Source: Thiocapsa sp. UBA6158 (GTDB taxonomy: Bacteria > Pseudomonadota > Gammaproteobacteria > Chromatiales > Chromatiaceae). From it: DNA of 64,000 nt. The notes under the pieces are model-generated. The model was not told where the DNA came from. It ran no database searches and saw only the letters and a program-made list of their open reading frames with translations. The stretch spans positions 48,056 through 112,055 of the forward strand of contig NZ_DIUM01000070.1 of assembly GCF_002423035.1 (NCBI RefSeq), in the 5' to 3' direction. This document shows positions 44,952 through 55,781 of the stretch, one piece after another. The position numbers were made by a program, and so were the translations under genes. The first letter of the stretch is position 1, and each line of letters opens with the position of its first letter.

Positions 44952-46133
44952 ATGCGCGTCGACCCGCTCACCAAGACCAAAAGACCGATCAGCGTCCTTG
45001 CGCTCGGCTTCCGGCCCTTCTTCCTGGCCGCAGGGATCGCCGCCATCCTCTCCGTCTTGATCTGGCTCGCGATGCTGACGGGGCATGTCCCGCAGCCCGG
45101 CTATCTCGCCGGGCCGGCTTGGCACGCCCATGAGATGCTCTTCGGTTATCTGGCGGCCGTCATCGCAGGGTTCCTGCTGACAGCCGTGCGCAACTGGAGC
45201 AGCATGGACACGCCGACGGGTCCGGCACTGGCGGGATTGGTCGCACTCTGGTTGGCTGCGCGTCTGATGCCCTGGCTCGGGCTGCCGCCGCTGCTGGTCG
45301 CCCTCACCGATGTCGCCTTCTTCCCGGTTCTGGCGTTCGCATTGCGACGGCCGCTCTGGTTCGGTCCCAACCCGGTGAACCGCGTCTTCCTGCTGCTGTT
45401 CGCCGGCATGATGCTCGCGAGTGCTTCGGTGCATCTGGATGTGCTCGGCGTCCTTCCGGGCGGGGTGGCGCGGGGTCACCGTCTGATGCTGGACCTGGCC
45501 ATCCTGACGATGCTTTTGGTCTCGGGCCGCGTGATGCCCTTCTTCATCGAGCGCGGAATTGCCGGCGCCAAGCCGCGAAGCTTTCAGTTCCTCGAGCGTC
45601 TGAGCTTCCTCCTCGCCGCAGCACTCCTGGTCGCGGACCTCATGCAGCCCTATGGATCTCAGTCAGGCGCTTTTGCGATTGCGTTGGGTCTGGTGCTCTT
45701 GATACGGATCCTCGGTTGGCACGATCGACGTCTCTGGACAACACCCATGTTGACCGTACTCTATGTCGGGCTGCTCTGGCTTGCGCTTGGCCTGATCCTG
45801 GACGGTGTCCCCGCCTTTACCGACCTACCCGCCCGCGGCGCGCTGCACACCCTGACCATCGGGGCCATCGGTGTGGTGACGCTCGGGATGATGGCCCGGG
45901 TCGCCGTCGGCCATACGGGTCGCGCGATGCAGGCCGCTCGCCTGACCATCCTCGCCTTCGTCCTGATCAACTGCGCCGCGGCTTTGCGCGGTCTCGCACC
46001 TCTGATCTACCCGGCCGGTTACCACGCCTGGCTGATGAGCGCCGGGATCTGCTGGATCCTCGCCTTCGGACTCTTCCTCTGGGTTCATGCACCTATGCTG
46101 GTCGCGCCCCGACCGGACGGGCGATCCGGCTGA
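44952..46133 (+). CDS. nnrS: NnrS family membrane protein
   Basis: 393 aa. LALGFRPFFLAAGIAAIL...WHAHEMLFGY...NWS and 12 TM segments are typical of NnrS. Confidence 0.9.
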   Translation: MRVDPLTKTKRPISVLALGFRPFFLAAGIAAILSVLIWLAMLTGHVPQPGYLAGPAWHAHEMLFGYLAAVIAGFLLTAVRNWSSMDTPTGPALAGLVALWLAARLMPWLGLPPLLVALTDVAFFPVLAFALRRPLWFGPNPVNRVFLLLFAGMMLASASVHLDVLGVLPGGVARGHRLMLDLAILTMLLVSGRVMPFFIERGIAGAKPRSFQFLERLSFLLAAALLVADLMQPYGSQSGAFAIALGLVLLIRILGWHDRRLWTTPMLTVLYVGLLWLALGLILDGVPAFTDLPARGALHTLTIGAIGVVTLGMMARVAVGHTGRAMQAARLTILAFVLINCAAALRGLAPLIYPAGYHAWLMSAGICWILAFGLFLWVHAPMLVAPRPDGRSG

Positions 46134-46151
46134 CGCCTCATCGGGCCGCGG

Positions 46152-46511
46152 TTACCTGCGCGTCTTGGCCGACTGCGCCCGAGCCTGCAGCTTCGGCGCC
46201 GGACGGAGTTTATCGAGGATATGACCGAGACTCAGGATCGGATGAGGTCGGAGCATGCGCGGGCCGGCATAGCGCATGACATCGCGCACGCGCTCGCGCA
46301 TCACGGCGCTGTAGCAGTGCACCTCGCAGAGATTGCAGGCCGGCTTTTCGTCCTGGAAGGGACAGGTGTCGAGACGGCGATGCGAATAGTCCAGCAAGGA
46401 CACGCACTCGGCGCAGAGTCCCTTGTGACCGGGATGATGGTCCCGGCAGTAGATGGCCATCATGGCGGTGATGGTCTTCTTCTCGCGCCTTATGCGTCGG
46501 CCGAACGGCAT
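46152..46511 (-). CDS. nitrous-oxide-stimulated-promoter (YgbA-like) family protein
   Basis: 119 aa from MPFGRRIRREKKTITAMMAIYCRDHH...LCAECVSLLDYSHRRLDTCPF..KPACNLCEVHCY..MRERVRDVMRYAGPRML. This is the family's conserved Cys pattern. Confidence 0.8.
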   Translation of the reverse strand: MPFGRRIRREKKTITAMMAIYCRDHHPGHKGLCAECVSLLDYSHRRLDTCPFQDEKPACNLCEVHCYSAVMRERVRDVMRYAGPRMLRPHPILSLGHILDKLRPAPKLQARAQSAKTRR

Positions 46512-46554
46512 GGGGTGTCCTCGGATTCGGATCGGAAGCGGGTCTCCTCGACGA

Positions 46555-47271
46555 TCAGTCGTCGAGGATCGAGATGTAGGCGAAGATGTCGCGCAGCTCC
46601 TCGGCGCTGAAGGCGGCAAGCAGCTCCTCGGCATCCGGGTCGGAGGGATCATGCACACGCCGCTTGTCGATGTATTTCTCGACCTGACGATGCAGATAGC
46701 CGGTGTACTGACCGGCCAACATGGGCACGGCATCGCGCTCGCGGCCCAGACCATCGCGACCGTGGCAGGAGGCGCACTCCTTAGCGTAGAGGCGCTCGCC
46801 GGCAATCGTATCGCCCTCCGCGCGCGGGATCTGAACCATCCGCTTCGTGGCCATCAGCCGCTCGTAGGCGTTGAAATCCGCCGCGGTCTCGTCGACCGGC
46901 GGCAGTCGACTCGGCAGCTCGATCGCCGCCAGAAAGGCGGAGATATCGCGGACATCCGAATCCGGCATCTGTCGGTGATCGGTGTGCTCGACCATGGCCA
47001 GATTCTCGCGCTCGCGACCTCGGAACAGCTCGAGCTGCCGTGCGATGAAGGCCGCCGGGAGACCGGCAAGCCGGGGATATTCGCCGTCTTTTCCGCCTTG
47101 GCCGTACTCGCCGTGGCAGCCGGCACAGACCTCGTTGATCTCGGTGGCGTTGTCCATGTCCGCGTCGGCGAACGGATCCGCGACCTCCTCGGCGAGCGTA
47201 CAGGGCGCGGCGAGCAGGCAGCCGAGGAGGAGGGCAAAGCCTCGATTGACATGCCGCCAGGACCGGCTCAT
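46555..47271 (-). CDS. dihaem cytochrome c (c4-like), secreted
   Basis: 238 aa from MSRSWRHVNRGFALLLGCLLAAPCTLA. Two CxxCH motifs (CAGCH, CASCH). ATGA overlap with the HPP gene. Confidence 0.85.
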   Translation of the reverse strand: MSRSWRHVNRGFALLLGCLLAAPCTLAEEVADPFADADMDNATEINEVCAGCHGEYGQGGKDGEYPRLAGLPAAFIARQLELFRGRERENLAMVEHTDHRQMPDSDVRDISAFLAAIELPSRLPPVDETAADFNAYERLMATKRMVQIPRAEGDTIAGERLYAKECASCHGRDGLGRERDAVPMLAGQYTGYLHRQVEKYIDKRRVHDPSDPDAEELLAAFSAEELRDIFAYISILDD

Positions 47272-47816
47272 CTCCAGTTCTCCGGATAACGTCTGGTTGC
47301 CGGGATATTGTTGACGATCAGGGCCACCCCCAACAGGATCAGCGGCCCGAGCGTCGCCGGAATCAGCACATAGAAATAGCCCATCGCGTGAATCTCCTCC
47401 GATCCGATGACCGCGATCAGTGCGGTTGCCCCGCCCGGCGGGTGCAGTGTCTTGCTTAGGTGCATCAACGCGATGGCCGTCGCCACGGCCACCGCTTGGG
47501 CCAGCCAGGGGTCTGCCGAAAGCAGCTTCCAGCTGGTCACGCCGACCAGCGCCGAGATGAGGTGACCGCCGACCAGATTGCGGGGTTGAGCCAATGGACT
47601 GCGCGCCGCCCCGTAGAGCAAGACTGCGGACGCACCGAGCGAACCGATGGCGAGCGTGAGATCGGTCCCCGAGAAGAACGCCTGATTGACCCAACCCACC
47701 AAGCCGATCCCGATGAATGCGCCTATCCACGACCAGAAGACCTCCTGATTGCTGACCCGCGGCGGACTTCCGCGGGTCGTCCCGCGCATCTTTCGGACGT
47801 AGGCCATCAGGCTCAA
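47268..47816 (-). CDS. HPP family membrane protein
   Basis: 182 aa. The signature LHPPGGATALI and four TM helices are present. Confidence 0.85.
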   Translation of the reverse strand: MSLMAYVRKMRGTTRGSPPRVSNQEVFWSWIGAFIGIGLVGWVNQAFFSGTDLTLAIGSLGASAVLLYGAARSPLAQPRNLVGGHLISALVGVTSWKLLSADPWLAQAVAVATAIALMHLSKTLHPPGGATALIAVIGSEEIHAMGYFYVLIPATLGPLILLGVALIVNNIPATRRYPENWR

Positions 47817-48109
47817 GACATTGCCTCCAACTGGCGTGCGTATCGGTTTTCCGGCGCGACTTCGGGGCGATTCGGGGGCACCTCCGCACGGTCATACTTC
47901 CAAGGCCGGTCGCTGCGATGATTTTACGTTGCAGTACTGGTGGACAAGCGCAGCGCGGTTCACCAGTGCCGGCGCGGGGTTCGGTGGACTTCGCTCTCGC
48001 TCGTCCCTACCGGTCGGTCTTATGAACGACTGAACGACGCCGTCCGAACCGTCCCGCAACCGTCCTGAACCCTCGACCTGGATTTGAATCTTGCGGCTCG
48101 ATCGGAACC

Positions 48110-48123
48110 TTGACCCATATCAA
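48110..48123. promoter_or_regulatory. FNR/Dnr/NnrR-type box in the divergent HPP-operon / CBS-gene intergenic region
   Basis: TTGACccatATCAA has 9 of 10 matches to TTGAT-N4-ATCAA. Confidence 0.45.
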
Positions 48124-48326
48124 GCCGGGCATACAAATCGAGAGCCCGAGGGCGCGCGCCGAGCGGTCGGCGGCGCGCACCTGTTCGAGATGATCCCGAA
48201 GGATGTGACCCTGCTCGCTGGGCGCACGGCATGAACGGATTGATTTGCCTCAAGGCGCTCTGCGGATAATCCACGCCTAATGGGATAGGCCAGCGGCGAT
48301 ATCGCCGCTTATTCGAGGGTCATCAG

Positions 48327-48983
48327 GTGACAGAGAACAATCTTCATCTCTTTCAGGAACCGGACCACACCAGCATCGACGAGATCCGGGAGCTCGAGCT
48401 CTCCGACGCCGACATCATCGACGCGATGCGGGAGATTCCCGGTTATATCGACATCACGACGACTGACTTCAGAACCATCTATCACCTCGCCCATGCCCAT
48501 GCTGTCGAGCGCATGAACAGCCGAATGTGTGCGAGGAATCTCATGCGCTCGCCGATCCAACCGCTGCATCCGAAAACACCGCTTTACCAAGCGGCAGGAC
48601 TCTTCGTGCGCCAAGGTGTCAAGGCCCTGCCGGTGGTCGTGGGCGGCGGGCTGGTGAGCGGAATCCTGACCGAGACGGATATTCTCAAGCGACTCGGCGC
48701 GGATAGTTTCTTGGAGCTACTTCCGCGATTGCTCGAGCACTGCGACCAGCTCGCCGAATGCTGTCACGAGACAGCGACAAGCATGATGATGACGTCTCCG
48801 GCGGTGACCGTGACCGAGCAGGCCGGTTTCTCGGAGATCATGTCCGCGTTCAGGAATCACGGCGGGCGTAGCATGCCGGTCGTGGACGGCCGCAGCCGTC
48901 TGGTGGGGCTTCTGATGCGCAAGGATTTTCTCGCTTCCTGTCAACTCGACCTGCAGTCGCTCGACGAAGAAGCGCTCGATTGA
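48327..48983 (+). CDS. CBS domain pair protein
   Basis: 218 aa with a GTG start. Two CBS motifs are present (ARNLMRSPIQPL...ALPVV..G.LVGILTETDILK and MMMTSPAVTV...SMPVVDGRSRLVGLLMRKDFL). Confidence 0.75.
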   Translation: MTENNLHLFQEPDHTSIDEIRELELSDADIIDAMREIPGYIDITTTDFRTIYHLAHAHAVERMNSRMCARNLMRSPIQPLHPKTPLYQAAGLFVRQGVKALPVVVGGGLVSGILTETDILKRLGADSFLELLPRLLEHCDQLAECCHETATSMMMTSPAVTVTEQAGFSEIMSAFRNHGGRSMPVVDGRSRLVGLLMRKDFLASCQLDLQSLDEEALD

Positions 48984-49488
48984 GGGGCGCTTCGCAGCAG
49001 ACTCGCTCCAAAACTATTTGCAGCCAGGTGAAGAGCCGCGGGCGCTCTTCCAGCTTCTGCGCCTCGGCAAGATGACCTCGATCCAAGCTGGCGCCAATCG
49101 AGATCTCGGCAATGCGGCCTATTCAGCCAAACGGGCCGCCTACGCCCAAAGCGGCGTCGCAATCATCCGCCGGATCGGGCCGAGGCCATGCCGAATGGAC
49201 GCCCGAGCGCGTCGCCTCGCGCCGGATGCGGACGGCGACTCAAGCAACATCGATCCGGCGTCACGCCCGACTGGCCTCGCGCAGCGATCGGCGTGATGAG
49301 CACCATCCGCGGTCTGACTGGAATCGCGGCTGCAGCCGTCATCCGGATACAATGCATGACGACCGGCAACAGGGCGATCAGGAACAATCCGAAATCCATG
49401 AACATGTAAGTTGATGCCGTTCACGGATCTGTACGCCTTGTTGTTGAGTCGTCAATCACCGCGGCACGCCTCAGCACAGGACAACACC

Positions 49489-50019
49489 ATGCCCGAGCAT
49501 TTCAAAGACCAAGACTTTCTGTCCTTGCGGATCGCTGTCCTGACCGTCTCGGACAGTCGTACCGAGGAGGACGACACCTCGGGGCGCCTGCTGGTGGAGC
49601 GCGCCGAGGCGGCCGGACACCGGGTCAAGACCAAACGCATCGTCCCGGACGACATCTACCGGATGCGCGCGGTCTTCTCCGCATGGATCGCCGACCCCGA
49701 AATCCAGGTCATCCTGAGTACCGGCGGCACCGGCGTGACCGGTCGAGACAGTACCCCGGAGGCCGTGACCCCCCTGCTCGACAAGCCACTCGAGGGTTTC
49801 GGCGAGCTGTTTCGGAGCTTTTCGCTCGAAGAGATCGGCACCTCCACCCTGCAGTCACGCGCGCTCGGAGGACTGGCCAACGGGACCTTCATCTTCTGCC
49901 TGCCGGGCTCGAGCGGGGCTTGCCGTACCGCCTGGGATCGCATCCTGCTGGCGCAGCTGGACAGCCGCACGCGACCGTGCAATTTCGCGCAGCTCATTCC
50001 GCGTTTGCTGGAGCGTTGA
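49489..50019 (+). CDS. moaB: molybdenum cofactor biosynthesis protein B
   Basis: 176 aa. [20 protein letters not shown]...[11 protein letters not shown]...[13 protein letters not shown]...RPCNF is nearly colinear with E. coli MoaB. Confidence 0.9.
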   Translation: MPEHFKDQDFLSLRIAVLTVSDSRTEEDDTSGRLLVERAEAAGHRVKTKRIVPDDIYRMRAVFSAWIADPEIQVILSTGGTGVTGRDSTPEAVTPLLDKPLEGFGELFRSFSLEEIGTSTLQSRALGGLANGTFIFCLPGSSGACRTAWDRILLAQLDSRTRPCNFAQLIPRLLER

Positions 50020-50021
50020 GC

Positions 50022-51272
50022 ATGGCAACCGATCCTTGCCGCTGCGACGCGCCCGGCCGTGCGACGCTGACCAAAGAGCAGGCGCTCGAGCGCCTGCTCG
50101 CGCGTGTGGAGCCCGTCGACGGGACCGAAACCGTTTCGATCGCCGAGGGACTCGGACGCGTCCTGGCCGAACCGGTCACGAGCGCGATCAACGTCCCCGC
50201 CTGGGACAACAGCGCGATGGACGGCTATGCGATCCGTCATGCGGATCTGGCGGCCGACGCCGGGCGCCTGCGCGTGGCTCAGCGAATCCCCGCCGGCTCC
50301 AGCGGGAGCGCACTGGAACCCGGCACGGCGGCGCGCATCTTCACGGGTGCCCCGGTGCCGGAAGGCTGCGATACGGTGGTCGTCCAGGAGATCTGCGAGG
50401 TCGCGGGGGACTGGGTCCAGATTCCGCTTGACTGCGGGACGGACGCGAACATCCGCCGTCTCGGCGAGGACATCCGGGCCGGTGCCGAGGTCATCGCCGC
50501 GGGTACCCGTCTCACGCCTCAGCATCTGGGACTGGCCGCCTCGGTCGGTGCCGCACGGATCCGCGTGCATCGGCGTCTGCGCGTCGCGGTCTTCTCCAGC
50601 GGCGACGAGCTGGTGATGCCGGGCGAGCCACTCGGCCCCGGACAGATCTACAACTCGAACCGTTTCATGCTCTTCGGGTTGCTCGAGCAGCTCGGCTGCG
50701 AGCTGGTGGATCTAGGAATCGTGGAGGACAGCCTCGCGGCGACCGAGCAGACATTGCTGCGCGGCGCGGCACAGGCCGATCTGATCGTCGGCAGCGGCGG
50801 CGTCTCGGTCGGCGAAGAGGATCACATCAAGAGCGCGCTCGAACGCGTCGGCACACTCGAGCTCTGGACGATCGCCATCCGCCCCGGCAAGCCGCTGGCC
50901 TTCGGTCGGATCGGCACGACACCCTTCATCGGTAATCCGGGTAATCCGGTCTCGCTGTTCGTGACCTTCTGTCTGTTCGGCATCCCGGTGATCAGACGGC
51001 AGCAGGGTGTCGCCGGGGACCTGCGTCCCCCGAGTCTCAGGATCCGTGCGGGTTTCGATTGGACACGTCCCGACAAACGTCGTGAATTTCACCGCGCGCG
51101 CATTCAAATCGGCGAAGACGGCGCGCAGGAGCTGGCGGTCTTCCCCAGCCGCTCATCCGCCGTGCTCTCTTCGGTCGCTTGGGCGGACGGTCTGGTGGAG
51201 ATTCCCGAGAACCAAGTCATCCACAAAGGCGACTTCGTTGATTTCATCCCGTTCCGGGGTCTCTTCGGCTGA
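50022..51272 (+). CDS. moeA: molybdopterin molybdenumtransferase
   Basis: 416 aa from [24 protein letters not shown] and the remaining sequence follow the MoeA layout. Confidence 0.9.
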   Translation: MATDPCRCDAPGRATLTKEQALERLLARVEPVDGTETVSIAEGLGRVLAEPVTSAINVPAWDNSAMDGYAIRHADLAADAGRLRVAQRIPAGSSGSALEPGTAARIFTGAPVPEGCDTVVVQEICEVAGDWVQIPLDCGTDANIRRLGEDIRAGAEVIAAGTRLTPQHLGLAASVGAARIRVHRRLRVAVFSSGDELVMPGEPLGPGQIYNSNRFMLFGLLEQLGCELVDLGIVEDSLAATEQTLLRGAAQADLIVGSGGVSVGEEDHIKSALERVGTLELWTIAIRPGKPLAFGRIGTTPFIGNPGNPVSLFVTFCLFGIPVIRRQQGVAGDLRPPSLRIRAGFDWTRPDKRREFHRARIQIGEDGAQELAVFPSRSSAVLSSVAWADGLVEIPENQVIHKGDFVDFIPFRGLFG

Positions 51273-51476
51273 ACCGCGTCCGTTGAAACATGAATGTGGC
51301 GGGGTCGGATCCATCTTGCCTTGGTCAAGTGCCATGGGAAGACGCAGTTTAGAGTTCTGATTTGTCATTATCCTAAAGCGCGTCAGCTCCGGCATGTATG
51401 GTTTCAGCTGTAGCCGATCCAATCCAACAACAGCCCATGCCACTCCGGACGCCGGTGAGCATCGGAAGGAAATAAT

Positions 51477-51731
51477 ATGATCGATATCCTGTACTTCGCT
51501 CGGCTCAGAGAGAGTCTTGGACTGGCGCGGGAGCAAATGGATGTCTCGCAAAGCATCGACTCCATCGCGGATCTCCTCGCGCACCTGCGTATTCGTGGAG
51601 AGCCCTGGTCAACGACATTGGCCGAAGGCGAATCCGTCCTGGCGGCAGTGAATCAAGAGATTGCCCGACTGGACACGCGAATCAAAGACGGCGACGAGAT
51701 CGCATTCTTCCCGCCGGTTACCGGCGGATAG
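51477..51731 (+). CDS. moaD: molybdopterin synthase sulfur-carrier subunit
   Basis: 84 aa. MIDILYFARLRE...DGDEIAFFPPVTGG has the C-terminal GG. SD GGAAGGA. Confidence 0.9.
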   Translation: MIDILYFARLRESLGLAREQMDVSQSIDSIADLLAHLRIRGEPWSTTLAEGESVLAAVNQEIARLDTRIKDGDEIAFFPPVTGG

Positions 51732-51991
51732 AGCATGCGGGCCATCAATATGAGCTGGTCGGCTGGGCAACCGGAGGCGGCGATCGATCTGGTCATGACC
51801 TGCCTGCAGATTCCCGAGCGACTCTGGATGGATTATTTCGCCCTCGAGCTCTCCAAGCGTCATGGCTGGGCCGGCTTCGTGCATTGGCATGCACAGGAAA
51901 AGGACTACTACCGGCAGGACCTTAATCCGGCGGACCAGGTCGATTTCAGACAGACGAACACTCGATACACAGGGAAAAACAAGGCCGATGC

Positions 51992-52030
51992 GAAACAAAA
52001 GGCCATGCACCCCTTCGGTTGCATGGCCTT
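51992..52030 (-). terminator. intrinsic terminator downstream of ilvC
   Basis: On the minus strand: GGCCATGCA-ACCGAAGGGG-TGCATGGCC followed by TTTTGTTTC. It lies about 60 nt after the ilvC stop. Confidence 0.75.
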
Positions 52031-52087
52031 TCATGTCTCACGGGATCCGAGAGATCGAATCCCGCGAAGACGCTGGGTCGCCGCCGA

Positions 52088-53173
<1,086 letters not shown>

Positions 53174-53340
53174 TCACTCAGGCCCGACTCGGGACTGTGA
53201 ACCGCAACCGCGCAAGCAGCTCAATCCGAAAAAAGAGTGAAGACTTCAACCGCGCCCGCCGCCGAGGTCACGGACAGGCGCCCTACCGAGCGAACAGGAA
53301 AACGCTTCCTGTCTCACGGAGGGCCACTCACGGAAGCGGT

Positions 53341-53832
53341 TTAAATGGTGAGACCCTTGTCGCCGCGCGAGATGCCGGTGGGCCCCGAGCGGACGACCTC
53401 GACGATCAGCCCTTCCGGCACGGCACCGATGAAGGCGTCCAGTTTCTTCGACGCGCCGGTCAACTCGATGACATAACTGGTGTCGGTCACGTCGATGATC
53501 TTGGCGCGGAAGATCTCGGTCAGGCGCTTGAGCTCCTCGCGGTCCTGCCGCTCGGCGCGCACCTTGATCAACATCATCTCGCGCTCGATGTGCGGACCCT
53601 CTGAGAGATCGAGAAGCTTCACGGTATCGATCAGCTTGTTCAGCTGCTTCTTGATCTGCTCGACCACATCGTCGTTGCCGGTGGTGACCAGGGTCATCCG
53701 CGAGAGGGTCGGATCATCCGTCGGGGCGACGGTCAGTGATTCGATGTTGTAGCCACGGGCCGAGAAGAGCCCGGCGACGCGCGAGAGCGCACCCGCCTCG
53801 TTCTCCAGCAGCACGGCAATGATATGTCTCAT
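53341..53832 (-). CDS. ilvN: acetolactate synthase small (regulatory) subunit
   Basis: 163 aa. MRHIIAVLLENEAGALSRVAGLFSARGYNIESLTV is the ACT domain. Confidence 0.95.
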   Translation of the reverse strand: MRHIIAVLLENEAGALSRVAGLFSARGYNIESLTVAPTDDPTLSRMTLVTTGNDDVVEQIKKQLNKLIDTVKLLDLSEGPHIEREMMLIKVRAERQDREELKRLTEIFRAKIIDVTDTSYVIELTGASKKLDAFIGAVPEGLIVEVVRSGPTGISRGDKGLTI

Positions 53833-53863
53833 GTCTTAAGATCTCTTTCGCTCGGGACGCGGT

Positions 53864-55651
53864 CTAGGCCAGCTCACGATCCGACAGACTCGGTGCAAGC
53901 TGCATCTCGTGGTGGCCCTTGCCGGCGGCGATCATCGGGTAGACGTTTTCAGTCGGATCCACGATGACGTCCATGAACACGAGGCGATTCTTCATCGCGA
54001 ACGCCTCGGTCATCGCGGCCTCCAGATCGGCCGGCTGGTCGACGCGCATGCCGACATGTCCGAAGCTCTCGGCGAGCTTCACGAAGTCCGGCAGGGCATC
54101 GACATAGGAGTTCGAGTAGCGGCTCTCATAGAAGAACTCCTGCCACTGACGCACCATGCCCATATAGCCGTTATTGAGCAGGATTATCTTCACGGGCAGC
54201 CCGTACTGAAGGCAGGTGGCCAGCTCCTGGATGCACATGAGGATGCTCGCCTCTCCCGAGATGCAGGCGACCTGCGCATCCGGAAACGCGAGTTGTACCC
54301 CCATCGCCGCCGGGAGGCCGAAGCCCATGGTCCCCAAGCCACCCGAATTGATCCAACGCCGCGGCTTGTCGAACGGATAGAACTGGGCGGCAAACATCTG
54401 ATGCTGACCCACATCCGAGGTCAGATAGAGATCGCCGCCGGTCACCTTGTAGAGCGTCTCGACCGCGAACTGCGGCTTGATGGCCGTGCTGTTGCGGTCG
54501 TAGCGCATGCAGTCCACCGCACGCCACTCGGCGATCTTGGACCACCAGTCGGCAACCGGATGCTCGTCGCGCCGCGGGGCCAGCTCGCGATAGAGCTTGA
54601 TCATGTCGGAGAGCACGTTGGCCACCTGTCCCACGATCGGGACATGCACCTTCACGTTCTTGGAGATCGAGGAGGGATCCACGTCGACGTGGATGATCTT
54701 CGCATGCGGGCAGAAGTGCTCGATCTTGCCGGTGACCCGATCGTCGAAGCGCGCGCCGATGGCGATCAAGACATCGGTCTCGTGCATCGCCATGTTCGCC
54801 TCGTAGGTCCCGTGCATCCCGAGCATGCCGATGAACTGCGGATCGGTCATCGGATAGGCACCGAGTCCCATCAGGGTGCTGGTGACGGGAAACCCGGTCA
54901 TGCGGACGAAGTCCGTCAACTGCGCCGATGCCTCGCCGAGCACCACGCCGCCGCCGGTGTAGAAGACCGGCCGCTTGGCTTGGATGATCAGATCCACGGC
55001 CTTGCGGATCTGCCCCGGATGCCCTTTGAGTACCGGGTTGTACGAGCGCATCTTCACATCGCGCGGATAGTCGTACGGGATCTTGATGTTCGGATCCGTC
55101 ACGTCCTTCGGGATATCGACCACCACGGGGCCGGGTCGACCGCTCATCGCGATATAGAACGCCTTGCGGATCGTCACCGCGAGGTCGCGCACGTCCTTGA
55201 CCAGGAAGTTGTGCTTCACGCAAGGCCGGGTGATGCCGACCGTGTCGACCTCTTGGAAGGCATCGCTGCCGATGACCGGAGTGGGCACCTGGCCGGTCAG
55301 GACCACCATCGGGATGGAATCCATGTAGGCGGTCGCGATCCCGGTGACCGCGTTCGTCGCACCCGGACCGGACGTCACCAGACAGACGCCGCACTTGCCG
55401 GTTGCACGCGCATAGCCGTCCGCGGCGTGCGAGGCACCCTGCTCGTGACGTACCAGGATGTGCTTGACGGACTCCTGCCGAAACAGGGCGTCGTAGATGT
55501 GCAGCACGGCGCCGCCGGGATAGCCGAAGACGAACTCGACGCCCTCGTCGGCGAGCGCCTGAACGACGATTTCGGCCCCGCTCAGCTCGACACCACTCCG
55601 CTCCGGCCGCTCCGGCTCGGCCCCATCGAGTTGCGCTTCAGACAGTGCCAC
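53864..55651 (-). CDS. ilvB: acetolactate synthase large (catalytic) subunit
   Basis: 595 aa with a GTG start and GGAGG SD. ThDP motifs are present (GYPGGAV, GGLGTMGFGLPAAMG...LNNG.MGMVRQWQ). Confidence 0.95.
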   Translation of the reverse strand: MALSEAQLDGAEPERPERSGVELSGAEIVVQALADEGVEFVFGYPGGAVLHIYDALFRQESVKHILVRHEQGASHAADGYARATGKCGVCLVTSGPGATNAVTGIATAYMDSIPMVVLTGQVPTPVIGSDAFQEVDTVGITRPCVKHNFLVKDVRDLAVTIRKAFYIAMSGRPGPVVVDIPKDVTDPNIKIPYDYPRDVKMRSYNPVLKGHPGQIRKAVDLIIQAKRPVFYTGGGVVLGEASAQLTDFVRMTGFPVTSTLMGLGAYPMTDPQFIGMLGMHGTYEANMAMHETDVLIAIGARFDDRVTGKIEHFCPHAKIIHVDVDPSSISKNVKVHVPIVGQVANVLSDMIKLYRELAPRRDEHPVADWWSKIAEWRAVDCMRYDRNSTAIKPQFAVETLYKVTGGDLYLTSDVGQHQMFAAQFYPFDKPRRWINSGGLGTMGFGLPAAMGVQLAFPDAQVACISGEASILMCIQELATCLQYGLPVKIILLNNGYMGMVRQWQEFFYESRYSNSYVDALPDFVKLAESFGHVGMRVDQPADLEAAMTEAFAMKNRLVFMDVIVDPTENVYPMIAAGKGHHEMQLAPSLSDRELA

Positions 55652-55781
55652 CTCGGTGACCTCCGATCAGTCCCAAAAGGGTTCAAAAGCGATCGAAATT
55701 ACCGCGATCGGCGCAGCCGGTCAAGCGAGCTGCGGATTCGATCCGCGGGCGTCACCGAGCCGCCGGACCCACGACGCCGAT

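Noticed and set aside
49300-49488. Moco riboswitch upstream of moaB.
   Set aside because: I looked for the conserved Moco-motif features (paired stems around conserved CCUCCGAG / AAAGGA-like elements) and could not find them by eye. A covariance-model scan (Rfam Moco motif) would be decisive.
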